A DNA stretch of 42,793 nucleotides from an uncultured Clostridia bacterium (GCA_944384875.1 CALWVA010000001.1:1-42793), one strand, 5' to 3'. Counted from the first letter of the stretch, positions 6,717 through 15,298 are shown. Notes: generated from the letters alone by a model not told the origin. Translations and numbers: made by a program.

Positions 6717-9707
6717 ATGGCAGATCAACATGACAAGCTGTATCCAAACGCCCCCTTTTCGGTGGACGATATTTTAAATGAAGTGCGGCTGATGCGTCAG
6801 CAACAAAAAGAACATCCGTCTGCGCCCCCGGCGTTCGGGCAGCATGCGCTGACGCCAGACGAAATCGTGAAAAGCGTACATAAATCCGACCGGCAGAATC
6901 TCCGGGCGGAGCATCAGCAAAACACAGGGCGTTCGCAGTCTGCTTCATCCCAACCGGCGGCTGCGCCCCGCCAAGAGACGGCGGAAGATCGCACCATGGT
7001 GTTCGACCGCCCGCAAACGGCGGGTCATACCGCTGCGCAGGATACCAGAATGCAACAGCCAACCGCTGAGATTCCGGCTGTTCGGTCGGCTGATCCGGCC
7101 CCGGTGATCCGGTCGGCCTCTGACCGCCCGGCAGCCAAAGCGGCCGACATCTATTCTGACACGGCCGTTCGGCAGAAACAGGAACCATCCAGACCGCAGC
7201 CGCCGGTTGCCAAATCCGCGGCTCCGGCAGAACAGCCTGCCGCCTCAAAAGATATTTTGTCTGACTTTCTGTCAAAAACCACCGACAGCCACTATAAGCC
7301 CGGCGGTTCACAAGAGGCAAAAAAACAGATCGACATGCTGTTTGGTGAAGAAGCGGGCGGCGATACGCTGGTAAACCCGTTTTCAAAAAAACGCCACCGT
7401 GCGCCGAATGTGTTGACGCCGGAGGAAATTTTGGGCTCTACGATGGAAATCAATGCGCTCAAAGAGCAACCGCCGACAGAAGCAGCCTCGCATCCGTCGG
7501 CATCCAAACCGTCTGGCGATGCGTCTACGAATAAAGAAGAATTTTTTTCAAAAATTATAGATAAGGCTGCGCCGGAACAGGGCGTTCCCACGCAGCGTGC
7601 AACAGCAACGCCGACGCGCCGGGATGTTTCGGCGCGTGCGGAAAACGCAGTTGCCCAGCAACCGGAGCAGTCGGTTCATGCGTCGCAACAGTCGGAGGAT
7701 CTGCCGCTGCAATCGCAGATTGCGCAGAAGCTGCGTGAGGCGGACGATGCCTTTTCGCTGGATATTTTAAGCAGCGCGCAACCGAAACAGACGACTGCGC
7801 CGGAACCGCCGGTTGCGCAAACGCCGGCCGAATCGCTGCCGGAGGTTGTGGCGACCAAAACCCGGCCGTCTTCGCGGGTGTTGGACGATCTGGACGTGAA
7901 TGAGGACGCGCTGGTGGAGAAAATACAGCAGCAGGCACAGGAAAATGAAGAAGATACTGCTTTTGAAGAGGATGAAATCGACGATTACCGAACCATCAAA
8001 GATGCAGAGGCGGTACGTCTGGATCTGGATTACCGCAGCGCGCAGCTTTCCCGCAAACTAACGTTTACTGCCATTGCGACAATATTGCTGCTGGCGTTGA
8101 CGCTGCTTCCTGCGGCGGGCGTTACGTTACCCGATTTTATTTCGCCTTCGGCCGGCACTTACGGTTATCTGATTCTCAACGCGCTGTTTTTTGCAGTGGT
8201 GCTGGTGACCAACCTGCCCGGCATTTTCCGGGGCTTTTTCAGTATCTTCCGACTGCGGCCGGATGTAGATGCTGCCACCGGCGTGGCGGCGTTGGCCGCT
8301 ACGGCGCATCTGGCTTATCTGTTTACCAATACGGATCTTGCGTCTAATGGCGCGGTTTATACCGCGGTGGCGGGCGTCGGGCTGGTATTGAATCTGATCG
8401 GGAAACAGGCGCTGTTATCCAGAGTGAAGGGCAATCTGAATCTGGTGGCGACCAACGGCGTCAAACAGAGCAGCTTTCTGGTAGACGTACAGCAGGCCGC
8501 GGCAATCGCCGGGGAGGATGAGCTGGGCGTGCCGGTATTGTGCTGCCGGAAGAGCGTAATCAACCTGCGCAATTATCTGCACAATTCATTTTGTGAGGAT
8601 CCGTCGGATAAAGTGGCCCAGACGCTGTCTCCCATTGGCCTGGCGGCTGCGCTGATCGTGTTTTTTGTAAGCTGGCTGGTAACGGCTGATCTTCCTGTGG
8701 CGGTGGGTTATCTGGCGGCGATTGCGGCGGTGGCTGTTCCGGCGGCGTCGCTGCTCTCGACCAATGTCCCGCTGCTGCGTGCGACCAGGCATTTGCGGGA
8801 ACTGGGCGGTATGCTGTCCGGCTATAACGCGGTGGATACCTTTTCACAGACCGATTGCGTGGTGTTAGACAGCGAAGACGTGTTCCCTTCCGGTTCCATT
8901 GATTTGGTGAGCCTGAAGGCGCTGGGCGGCGCGCAGGTAGACAACGTGATTCTTTATGCCGCTGCGCTGACTATTTCGGCAGGCGGTTGTCTGGCCGATG
9001 TATTCGACCGGATGATCGAGGGCCGGCGTAAACTGTTGCCGCCGGCACATGATATCCTGTATACAGACGGCGCCGGCATCACCGGAACCGTCAGCGGCAG
9101 GCAGGTGCAGATCGGTAACCGCACGCTTTTGGAAAATGCCGGTGTGTTTGAGTTGCCGGATCCCGAATTTGAGCGCAAACTGCTGCGCAGCGGCAACCAT
9201 CCGCTGTATCTGGCGGTAGACGGCGAACTGGCCGGGCTGTTTATCTTAAAATATACAACGCCGGACGACGAGCTGGTAGAGCGGATCGGTGATCTGGTAG
9301 ACGCCGGCGTTGGCATTTATATTAAGACTAACGATCCGAATATCACAGAAAAGCTGATTGCCAATTTGTTTTATATCCCGGCAGAATCGGTGGCGATTCT
9401 GCCCGCCGATGCGGTAGAGGCTTATAATGCCGTTACTGTGCCCAGTGAAAACGGCAGTTCGTTGTTGGCAGATCAAAACTCTGCCGCGGCCTTCGCGGCG
9501 TCTATTACAGCATGTAAAAAGCTGCGTAAAAAGATGCTGCTGGGAATCGTCGTGCAGACCATCTGCACCGTCTTAGCGCTGTTGGCCGCGCTGTTTTTCG
9601 CGTTTACCGGCGGCGCCGGTTGGCTGCAGCCGCACTGGCTGCTGGCCTACCTGCTTGGCAGCGCGGTGCTGGTATTGCTTTTGCCGGCTTTTATTCGTGT
9701 CAAATAA
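6717..9707 (+). CDS. Membrane protein: long disordered N-terminus plus a degenerate (probably inactive) P1B-type ATPase-like body
   Basis: 996-aa ORF with GAAAGGA upstream. Residues ~20-440 are low-complexity P/A/Q/S/T/E-rich. They are followed by ~8 hydrophobic helices and a region collinear with the heavy-metal ATPase P/N domains (VQIGNRTLLENAGV, LYLAVDGELAGLFILKYT). The catalytic motifs are replaced; see findings. Confidence 0.8.
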   Translation: MADQHDKLYPNAPFSVDDILNEVRLMRQQQKEHPSAPPAFGQHALTPDEIVKSVHKSDRQNLRAEHQQNTGRSQSASSQPAAAPRQETAEDRTMVFDRPQTAGHTAAQDTRMQQPTAEIPAVRSADPAPVIRSASDRPAAKAADIYSDTAVRQKQEPSRPQPPVAKSAAPAEQPAASKDILSDFLSKTTDSHYKPGGSQEAKKQIDMLFGEEAGGDTLVNPFSKKRHRAPNVLTPEEILGSTMEINALKEQPPTEAASHPSASKPSGDASTNKEEFFSKIIDKAAPEQGVPTQRATATPTRRDVSARAENAVAQQPEQSVHASQQSEDLPLQSQIAQKLREADDAFSLDILSSAQPKQTTAPEPPVAQTPAESLPEVVATKTRPSSRVLDDLDVNEDALVEKIQQQAQENEEDTAFEEDEIDDYRTIKDAEAVRLDLDYRSAQLSRKLTFTAIATILLLALTLLPAAGVTLPDFISPSAGTYGYLILNALFFAVVLVTNLPGIFRGFFSIFRLRPDVDAATGVAALAATAHLAYLFTNTDLASNGAVYTAVAGVGLVLNLIGKQALLSRVKGNLNLVATNGVKQSSFLVDVQQAAAIAGEDELGVPVLCCRKSVINLRNYLHNSFCEDPSDKVAQTLSPIGLAAALIVFFVSWLVTADLPVAVGYLAAIAAVAVPAASLLSTNVPLLRATRHLRELGGMLSGYNAVDTFSQTDCVVLDSEDVFPSGSIDLVSLKALGGAQVDNVILYAAALTISAGGCLADVFDRMIEGRRKLLPPAHDILYTDGAGITGTVSGRQVQIGNRTLLENAGVFELPDPEFERKLLRSGNHPLYLAVDGELAGLFILKYTTPDDELVERIGDLVDAGVGIYIKTNDPNITEKLIANLFYIPAESVAILPADAVEAYNAVTVPSENGSSLLADQNSAAAFAASITACKKLRKKMLLGIVVQTICTVLALLAALFFAFTGGAGWLQPHWLLAYLLGSAVLVLLLPAFIRVK

Positions 9708-9734
9708 TTTAAACAGTTCAGGGGGAACGATTGG

Positions 9735-10640
9735 ATGCCGACACAACCGCAAAAACACCATGCCGACTATGCGCAAAAACGCCGGCGTGGGCTGAAAATA
9801 ACCAAACGGCTGATCATTTTGGTTTGGCTGTTGTTGTTCGTGCTGCTGGGGCTTGGAGCCTGGGCAGTGGTTCGGCAGATTACCGCCATTGATCAAAGTA
9901 ACCAGCATCTTGAACAGTCGCAGACAGAAGTCTTCAGACCCAATGTACTGTTGGTTTTAGAGGATGATGTGGATAATATGTCCCGCTATGTATTCACATT
10001 GCTGTGTTTTAACACACAAGACGGTAAGATTTCGGCGACGGTACTGCCGGAAAATATGGATACGCTGGTCGGCCAGAAGCAGGCGACTTTACAGCAGCAG
10101 TTTGTCTATGGCGGCCCACAACAGGCGAGACTGGCGGTGCAAACGGCTTTTTCCATTACGGTTGACCGATATTTTTGCTGCAGTTTTTCTACGCTGGAGT
10201 CGTTATTAGACGAGCTGGGCGCAGTGGAATTTACTGTGCCGGAGGACTTATATTATCAAAATGAGGATGGGACAGTGCTGTGTGATCTGACGGCAGGGGA
10301 ACAGTCGTTGAACAGCCAGCAGGTGCTGCAGTTTTTGCGCTATCCGGGATGGAGCAGCGAGACACAGGCGTCTGAACAGCGGGGTGCGCTGGCCGGCGCG
10401 CTGATTAACCAGGCGGCGACAACGGCAGTGCAGCAACAGATGACTGCGCTGTATGAGCAGATTGTCAACAGCGCGCAAACCGATGTGTCTTTGGTAGATC
10501 TCAATCAGCTGGCCGGGCAGTATAGCGCCTTTACCGGCAGTGCGCCAGCCAGTGTGGTAACTATTACCGGATCTGCTACAGATGAGGTGTTTATACCGGA
10601 CGATACTGCGAAAGCAGCGGTTTTGGCGCAATTTAAATAA
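9735..10640 (+). CDS. LytR-CpsA-Psr (LCP)-fold membrane-anchored protein, catalytic residues apparently degenerate
   Basis: Basic cytoplasmic tail and one TM helix (LIILVWLLLFVLLGLGAWAVV), then LCP-like blocks: NVLLVLED..., YGGPQQARLAVQTAFSITVDRYFCCSFSTLESLLDELGAVEFTVP and LNSQQVLQFLRY. An AGGGGGA SD precedes the start. Confidence 0.65.
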   Translation: MPTQPQKHHADYAQKRRRGLKITKRLIILVWLLLFVLLGLGAWAVVRQITAIDQSNQHLEQSQTEVFRPNVLLVLEDDVDNMSRYVFTLLCFNTQDGKISATVLPENMDTLVGQKQATLQQQFVYGGPQQARLAVQTAFSITVDRYFCCSFSTLESLLDELGAVEFTVPEDLYYQNEDGTVLCDLTAGEQSLNSQQVLQFLRYPGWSSETQASEQRGALAGALINQAATTAVQQQMTALYEQIVNSAQTDVSLVDLNQLAGQYSAFTGSAPASVVTITGSATDEVFIPDDTAKAAVLAQFK

Positions 10641-10703
10641 ATTCGGTTGACTTTATCAAATAAAAAGGGTATCATATAATAGAATCATTTTCAGGAGGTA
10701 TGG

Positions 10704-10949
10704 ATGATGGATAAGAAATCAGCTTCTTTTGCGGTGATCGTTTTAAGCGTGATCGCGGCAATGGCCGCCGTCGGAACGGCGATTTACTTTGCAACGAAGT
10801 TTTTATGCAAGAGGCGGCAACCTTATTGCGACTATTTGGAATATGACGATTTTGACGACGATTCGTTCTGTGACGACGATCCTTGCGAGTGTGACGACGA
10901 CAGCGCGCCGGAAGAGCAAACGCAGGGCGAAGAGCAGCCTGCCGAATAA
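10704..10949 (+). CDS. Small single-pass membrane protein with an Asp/Cys-rich acidic tail
   Basis: 81-aa ORF with an AGGAGG SD 6 nt upstream. It has an N-terminal TM helix (FAVIVLSVIAAMAAVGTAIYFA) and a C-terminal tail ...CDYLEYDDFDDDSFCDDDPCECDDDSAPEE.... A strong hairpin terminator follows. Confidence 0.6.
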   Translation: MMDKKSASFAVIVLSVIAAMAAVGTAIYFATKFLCKRRQPYCDYLEYDDFDDDSFCDDDPCECDDDSAPEEQTQGEEQPAE

Positions 10950-10962
10950 GCGAAAAAATATA

Positions 10963-11001
10963 AAACCCCGCCCGGAGAAACATGCTCTCCGGGCGGGGTT
11001 T
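10963..11001. terminator. Bidirectional rho-independent terminator
   Basis: AAACCCCGCCCGGAGA / TCTCCGGGCGGGGTTT forms a 16-bp perfect stem with a 7-nt loop. It has a short TTT on the plus strand and a better T-run on the minus strand. It sits between convergent genes. Confidence 0.8.
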
Positions 11002-11117
11002 GCATATGATGGGTTGTTGCTGTCCTTGCAAAGTGAAGCATCCCACCGAACTTTTTTAGTGAATCAAATGGGTTGCACAGGTTACGTGCTTTGACTGCGG
11101 TCAACATACGATGGCTG

Positions 11118-11891
11118 TTACCGGGTGCGCTGCTGTTGTTTCTGCTTACCGGCCTTTTTGGTTTTGTATGCGTCCGCCTTGCGTTCTACAAAGGCCAAGA
11201 TTTTTTTTCGGAACAAAAAACAGATCAGGGTTAATGTGATCTGACATGCAAACAGGATGATTGCGAACAGATAGTCCCCGGCGATCAGTTTGTCACCCAT
11301 ATAAACAAAACAGAGCATGTTGGGAATTTGCGCCGGGATCGAAGCCCACAGAAACTGTTTTAAATTCATATTGGTCACGCCGGCAAGATAAGGGATCAGC
11401 CCCAGCGGCATACCGGGAACGAGATAGACCAGCGCTACTAAAACAGACGGAAATTTGGAGCGGGTTAGAAAATTGTTTTCAATTCGTTTTTTTCCAATGA
11501 TCTTGCCGACAATTTTCACACCGTATTTTTTAGAGAAGGAAAAGGTCAGGGTGTTGGCCAGCCCCGAACCGGTCAGACAGAGCACGACGCCTAAAAAGCC
11601 ATAGGTGATGCCGCTGGTGATCCAGACCAGCATGGCAGGGAGCAGGATGGTCAGTGTTTGAACCATCTGTAACAGAACCATAATAATCATGCCTTCCCAG
11701 CCCAGGGAACGCAGCTCTTCTTTGAGAATTTCCGGCGATTGGCCCCGAACCAGGTCTGTAATAATGGGAATCAGTTCCTCGGTCAGCTGCATCGCCGCCG
11801 GGATGCAGACCGCAATCGCCGCTGCAATCAGTGTTAACCGCAGCGCCAGCTTCCGGCCGCGATGCTGGCTTTTGATCTGTTGTTGCGCCAC
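11118..11891 (-). CDS. TVP38/TMEM64 (DedA-related, SNARE-associated) family membrane protein
   Basis: The core ...LLPAMLVWITSGITYGFLGVVLCLTGSGLANTLTFSFSKKYG...VPGMPLGLIPYLAGVTNMNLKQFLWAS... is typical of the family. The start is set at GTG 11891, 6 nt after GGAAGGTGG. The ORF-track GTG at 11948 has no SD. Confidence 0.78.
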   Translation of the reverse strand: MAQQQIKSQHRGRKLALRLTLIAAAIAVCIPAAMQLTEELIPIITDLVRGQSPEILKEELRSLGWEGMIIMVLLQMVQTLTILLPAMLVWITSGITYGFLGVVLCLTGSGLANTLTFSFSKKYGVKIVGKIIGKKRIENNFLTRSKFPSVLVALVYLVPGMPLGLIPYLAGVTNMNLKQFLWASIPAQIPNMLCFVYMGDKLIAGDYLFAIILFACQITLTLICFLFRKKILAFVERKADAYKTKKAGKQKQQQRTR

Positions 11892-12334
11892 GGGATCCCA
11901 CCTTCCTGCATGATTTTCAAATAGATCGTCTTGATTGGAGTTATTCACAATACGATAAATGTTTTTTTATTATAAATAGATTATCCCCGAATGTCAATAA
12001 AGTATCCGGCGCGTCAGCCTTGCGAAAAAAGCATGTTTATGTAAAAAAGAACCGACTTGCGTCAGATCAAAGCCTATCAAGCGACAACCGCCGGTTTGGT
12101 GTATGAATTTGTAGATGCAGCTACCAGATTGCATGGCAGCTGCTGCGTAAAACAGAAAACATCCCCGGCGGGCAGGCCGGAGATGTTTTGTTGCAGGTTC
12201 AAAGGCAAAGTCAGGAATTATGATGCATGTTTAAATGTTGCTTTTTGGCAGCTTTTCCGGTGAGTACCGGACACAGTGATTTTACACATCCACTGAATGC
12301 CTGAAAAAGTTTAAAATTTTTATATAAATCGCCT

Positions 12335-12364
12335 ATGACATCTTTTACGAATTTGTGTTATAAT
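12335..12364 (+). promoter_or_regulatory. Candidate sigma-A promoter for the carD-family gene
   Basis: aTGACA (12335-12340), an 18-nt spacer, then TGtTATAAT (hexamer 12359-12364). It lies about 160 nt upstream of the ATG. Confidence 0.45.
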
Positions 12365-12524
12365 TATTATACCATTAGTGGTTTGTCGATGTCAGCGTGC
12401 TGACCTGGTTCCCGTCAAACCGCTTTTGTTGTTTGTGTTTTATTTGCTGTATACTTTGTGGCAGCCAATGTATATAGCAGTATATCTTTTTCAGTTCTAT
12501 ATTCTGCAGAAAGGAAGAATCGTG

Positions 12525-13028
12525 ATGTTTGCAGTAAATGACACAGTGATGTATGGAACCGCCGGGGTATGTGAAATTGTAGATATCCGCGCGCAAAAGT
12601 TCTATCAACAGCCGGAAAAGCTTTATTATGTGCTCAAACCGATTTACGAACACAATGAAACCATTTATTGTCCGGTTGATAATGAAAAGGTGCGTATGCG
12701 CCGGTTGCTTTCTAAAGATGAAATTTATCAATTGATTCAAAATATGTCAGATTTGGATATTGAGTGGATCGATGACGACCAACAACGTAAAGAAGTTTTT
12801 AATGAAATGCTGAAAAATGGTAGCCATCAGGATCTGATTCGTCTGATCCGCGCGCTGTATCTGCATAAACAGCAGACAGCCAAAGCCGGGCAGAAATTTC
12901 ATGTTGCCGATGCGGCGATCTTAAAAGAAGCACAGCGTACGCTGCATGGCGAATTTGCACATGTGTTGCATCTGCAGCCGGATGAGGTGGCGCCGTTTAT
13001 TATGAAAGCGCTTGGGGAACAGGCGTAA
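12525..13028 (+). CDS. carD: CarD/CdnL-family RNA-polymerase-binding transcriptional regulator
   Basis: MFAVNDTVMYGTAGVCEIVDI...LYYVLKPI... matches the CarD_TRCF N-terminal Tudor-like domain and is followed by a helical C-terminal domain. AAGGAAG lies 7 nt before ATG 12525. The upstream in-frame extension in the ORF track is hydrophobic junk. Confidence 0.88.
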   Translation: MFAVNDTVMYGTAGVCEIVDIRAQKFYQQPEKLYYVLKPIYEHNETIYCPVDNEKVRMRRLLSKDEIYQLIQNMSDLDIEWIDDDQQRKEVFNEMLKNGSHQDLIRLIRALYLHKQQTAKAGQKFHVADAAILKEAQRTLHGEFAHVLHLQPDEVAPFIMKALGEQA

Positions 13029-13086
13029 CCGGGCGCTTGATCGCCTGTTCAGATATGTGATCAAAGCAGATGAAAATATGATCTAT

Positions 13087-13116
13087 AAATAGCTGTTTTT
13101 ACAGCTATTTTTTATT
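13087..13116. terminator. Bidirectional terminator between convergent genes
   Basis: AAATAGCTGT-TTTT-ACAGCTATTT hairpin flanked by A-runs and T-runs on both sides. Confidence 0.65.
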
Positions 13117-13169
13117 TGCAACAACCAATATTTTTTGGATGCATGTATGCCGGAAGCTACTGTTTTTTG

Positions 13170-13907
13170 TTACAATTTATTCAAATGATTTTGGCGGCTA
13201 TATTTACCGCCGCCGTCAGTTTGCGTCTGTTTTATGCGTTGTTTATTGGATCCCGTGGATTTGGCGGGGGCTTTCTTTTGCGGCGCATAGTCTTTCAGAC
13301 CTTTGACTGCGCCGCCGGCGACCGCCCAGAGATACAGGCTTGCAACGCTGCAATAGGGGCTGAACCGCCGGCGATATTTCTCAAACAGTTTGCGATTGAT
13401 CCGGCGATGATGGTATACCATCCGAAGCCCCCGCTGAATCGCCAGATCATCAAAACTGAATACATCAGGCCGTTGCATACAGAACAGTAAAATCATTTCG
13501 GCGGTCCACACGCCGACGCCCTTTAAAGCAGAAAGCGCAGCGATCGCCTCTGCATCTGATTTTTGCCGGATGCCTTCTAAATCAAACCTACCGCTTTGCA
13601 CTTTATCCGCAAAATCGACGATATATTCCGCTTTGCGAAAGGTGATGCCAAAAGCCTGCAGGCGACGGATTCCTGCCGCCTGCACAGACGCCGCATCTAT
13701 CTTCCCCAGCGTCTGCTGCATCCTGTTCCAGATGGTGGCCTGCGCTTTTGTGGAAATTTGCTGCCCGATAATATGATGGACAACCGAAGAAAACAGGTCT
13801 GGATCGGTTTCGCGATAAACGGGGCCGATCTGATCGATGATTGCGCCGAGCCGCGGATCTCGCTGTTTTAAATAAGCTGTTTCTTTTTGACCATATGAAA
13901 AATACAT
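13170..13907 (-). CDS. DNA-3-methyladenine glycosylase II family (HhH-GPD) base-excision repair enzyme
   Basis: LFSSVVHHIIGQQISTKAQATIW, LSALKGVGVWTAEMILLF and SFDDLAIQRGL correspond to the HhH-GPD motif with its catalytic Asp. A Lys-rich C-terminal tail follows. An AAAGGA SD precedes the start. Confidence 0.87.
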   Translation of the reverse strand: MYFSYGQKETAYLKQRDPRLGAIIDQIGPVYRETDPDLFSSVVHHIIGQQISTKAQATIWNRMQQTLGKIDAASVQAAGIRRLQAFGITFRKAEYIVDFADKVQSGRFDLEGIRQKSDAEAIAALSALKGVGVWTAEMILLFCMQRPDVFSFDDLAIQRGLRMVYHHRRINRKLFEKYRRRFSPYCSVASLYLWAVAGGAVKGLKDYAPQKKAPAKSTGSNKQRIKQTQTDGGGKYSRQNHLNKL

Positions 13908-14076
13908 CGTGTTTCATCCTTTAGCTGTTTGTGCAGATTTTCATAAATCCGGCATACCCGGTGGCCTTCGATTTGCCGGCATATTTATATTACAATGCTA
14001 TCATACTATATGGATGCGCAAGTATCAACAGATTCGTTACCGGGGTGTATAAAAACTGCAAAAAACAAAAAAGGGG

Positions 14077-14105
14077 TTGCATTTTTTATAGAAATGGTTT
14101 ATACT
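14077..14105 (+). promoter_or_regulatory. sigma-A promoter of the tRNA gene
   Basis: TTGCAT (14077-14082), a 17-nt spacer, then TATACT (14100-14105). The tRNA 5' end is 18 nt downstream. Confidence 0.55.
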
Positions 14106-14122
14106 ATTATAGTCATCAATAT

Positions 14123-14198
<76 letters not shown>

Positions 14199-14225
14199 TA
14201 ATTGAATGGACCGCGCTCCATTCAA

Positions 14226-14254
14226 AAAGCCCAGCCAAACGGCTGGGCTTTTCT
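14226..14254 (+). terminator. Rho-independent terminator after the tRNA
   Basis: AAAGCCCAGCC-AAAC-GGCTGGGCTTT followed by TCT. A second hairpin, TTGAATGGA-CCGCGC-TCCATTCAA (14202-14225), precedes it. Confidence 0.8.
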
Positions 14255-14490
14255 CATATCGGTTTGATCTCCTGTTTTGCAAAAAGTCACGCTCGAGCCG
14301 CCTGCTCGGTTGTAAACGCCTGCGCGACGGTTCGCCGTCGTTACCGACTTTTTAGTGTGGTTTTGCCCTTTTAAATTTTTTAACGCAGCAGCGAACGCTT
14401 CGATTAACACTTGTTTTCCTTTTCATATTGCAGTATGATAATAATAAGGACAATATCTGTCCGGAACATTTGAAAACAGGAGGTACTGTT

Positions 14491-15060
14491 ATGAAAAAAT
14501 CCCTTGGCGTAAAACCCTATGTGTTTCCGATGCCGGTTTTGATGATTGCCACTTATGGTGAAAATCAAACGGTGGATGTCATGAACATGGCCTGGGGCGG
14601 GATCAGCGCCAACAATATGGTGGCGCTGAATATTACCGAGACCCATAAAACTGCAAAAAACATCAAAGAACGGGGCGCCTTTACCCTGAGCATTGCAGAC
14701 GCCGCCCATCTTGCCCAGGCAGACTTTTTCGGCATTGCTTCTGGGAATAACATGGCGGATAAATTTGAACGCAGCGGCCTGCATGCGATTGCCAGCGAAC
14801 GGGTAGATGCACCGGTTATAGAGGAATTTCCTCTCACGCTGGAATGCAAAGTGGCCGAACTGCAGCATGATCAGGGCGGGTTCCGCGTATTGGGCGAGAT
14901 TGTCAACGTACTCGCTGATAAAACGGTTTTGGACGCATCAGGTAATGTGGACCCAACCAAGCTGAACGCTTTTGTGTTTGATCAGTTCCAAAACGGCTAT
15001 TATGCCATCGGCGAAAAAATTGGCCAGGCCTGGAGCAGCGGCAAACATCTGATGCAGTAA
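14491..15060 (+). CDS. Flavin reductase-like (FMN-binding split-barrel) protein
   Basis: MKKSLGVKPYVFPMPVLMIATYGENQTVDVMNMAWGG... is the typical flavin reductase domain N-terminus. An AGGAGG SD lies 7 nt before ATG 14491. Confidence 0.82.
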   Translation: MKKSLGVKPYVFPMPVLMIATYGENQTVDVMNMAWGGISANNMVALNITETHKTAKNIKERGAFTLSIADAAHLAQADFFGIASGNNMADKFERSGLHAIASERVDAPVIEEFPLTLECKVAELQHDQGGFRVLGEIVNVLADKTVLDASGNVDPTKLNAFVFDQFQNGYYAIGEKIGQAWSSGKHLMQ

Positions 15061-15150
15061 ACGACAGACAACGGCCGCGCAGGTTTTATATAGCGTGGTT
15101 TGCGGCCGGGTCCAATTGTCTCTTTTCGGAAATCACGGCGGTAACGCGTT

Positions 15151-15187
15151 AAACGCCGGTGCAAACCAGGTTTGCACCGGCGTTTTT
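15151..15187 (+). terminator. Terminator between convergent genes
   Basis: AAACGCCGGTGCAAA-CCAGG-TTTGCACCGGCGTTT forms a 15-bp perfect stem followed by TT. It may also serve the minus-strand ABC operon. Confidence 0.7.
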
Positions 15188-15298
15188 CCGCATTGCATCC
15201 TGGTCGCCGGCCGGTCAGATCCCATGGCGCGGCGTTGGCCGCAAGATATACAGCACACGCCTGCCCGCGTTATGCGGCCTGCTGCCGGCAACCGTGCA

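Noticed and set aside
6715-7386. 223-aa minus-strand ORF, plus other 60-130-aa ORFs opposite the disordered N-terminal region of the 996-aa protein.
   Set aside because: The low-complexity GC-rich region leaves several frames open. Only the plus-strand frame continues into a recognisable membrane/ATPase-like body and has an SD.
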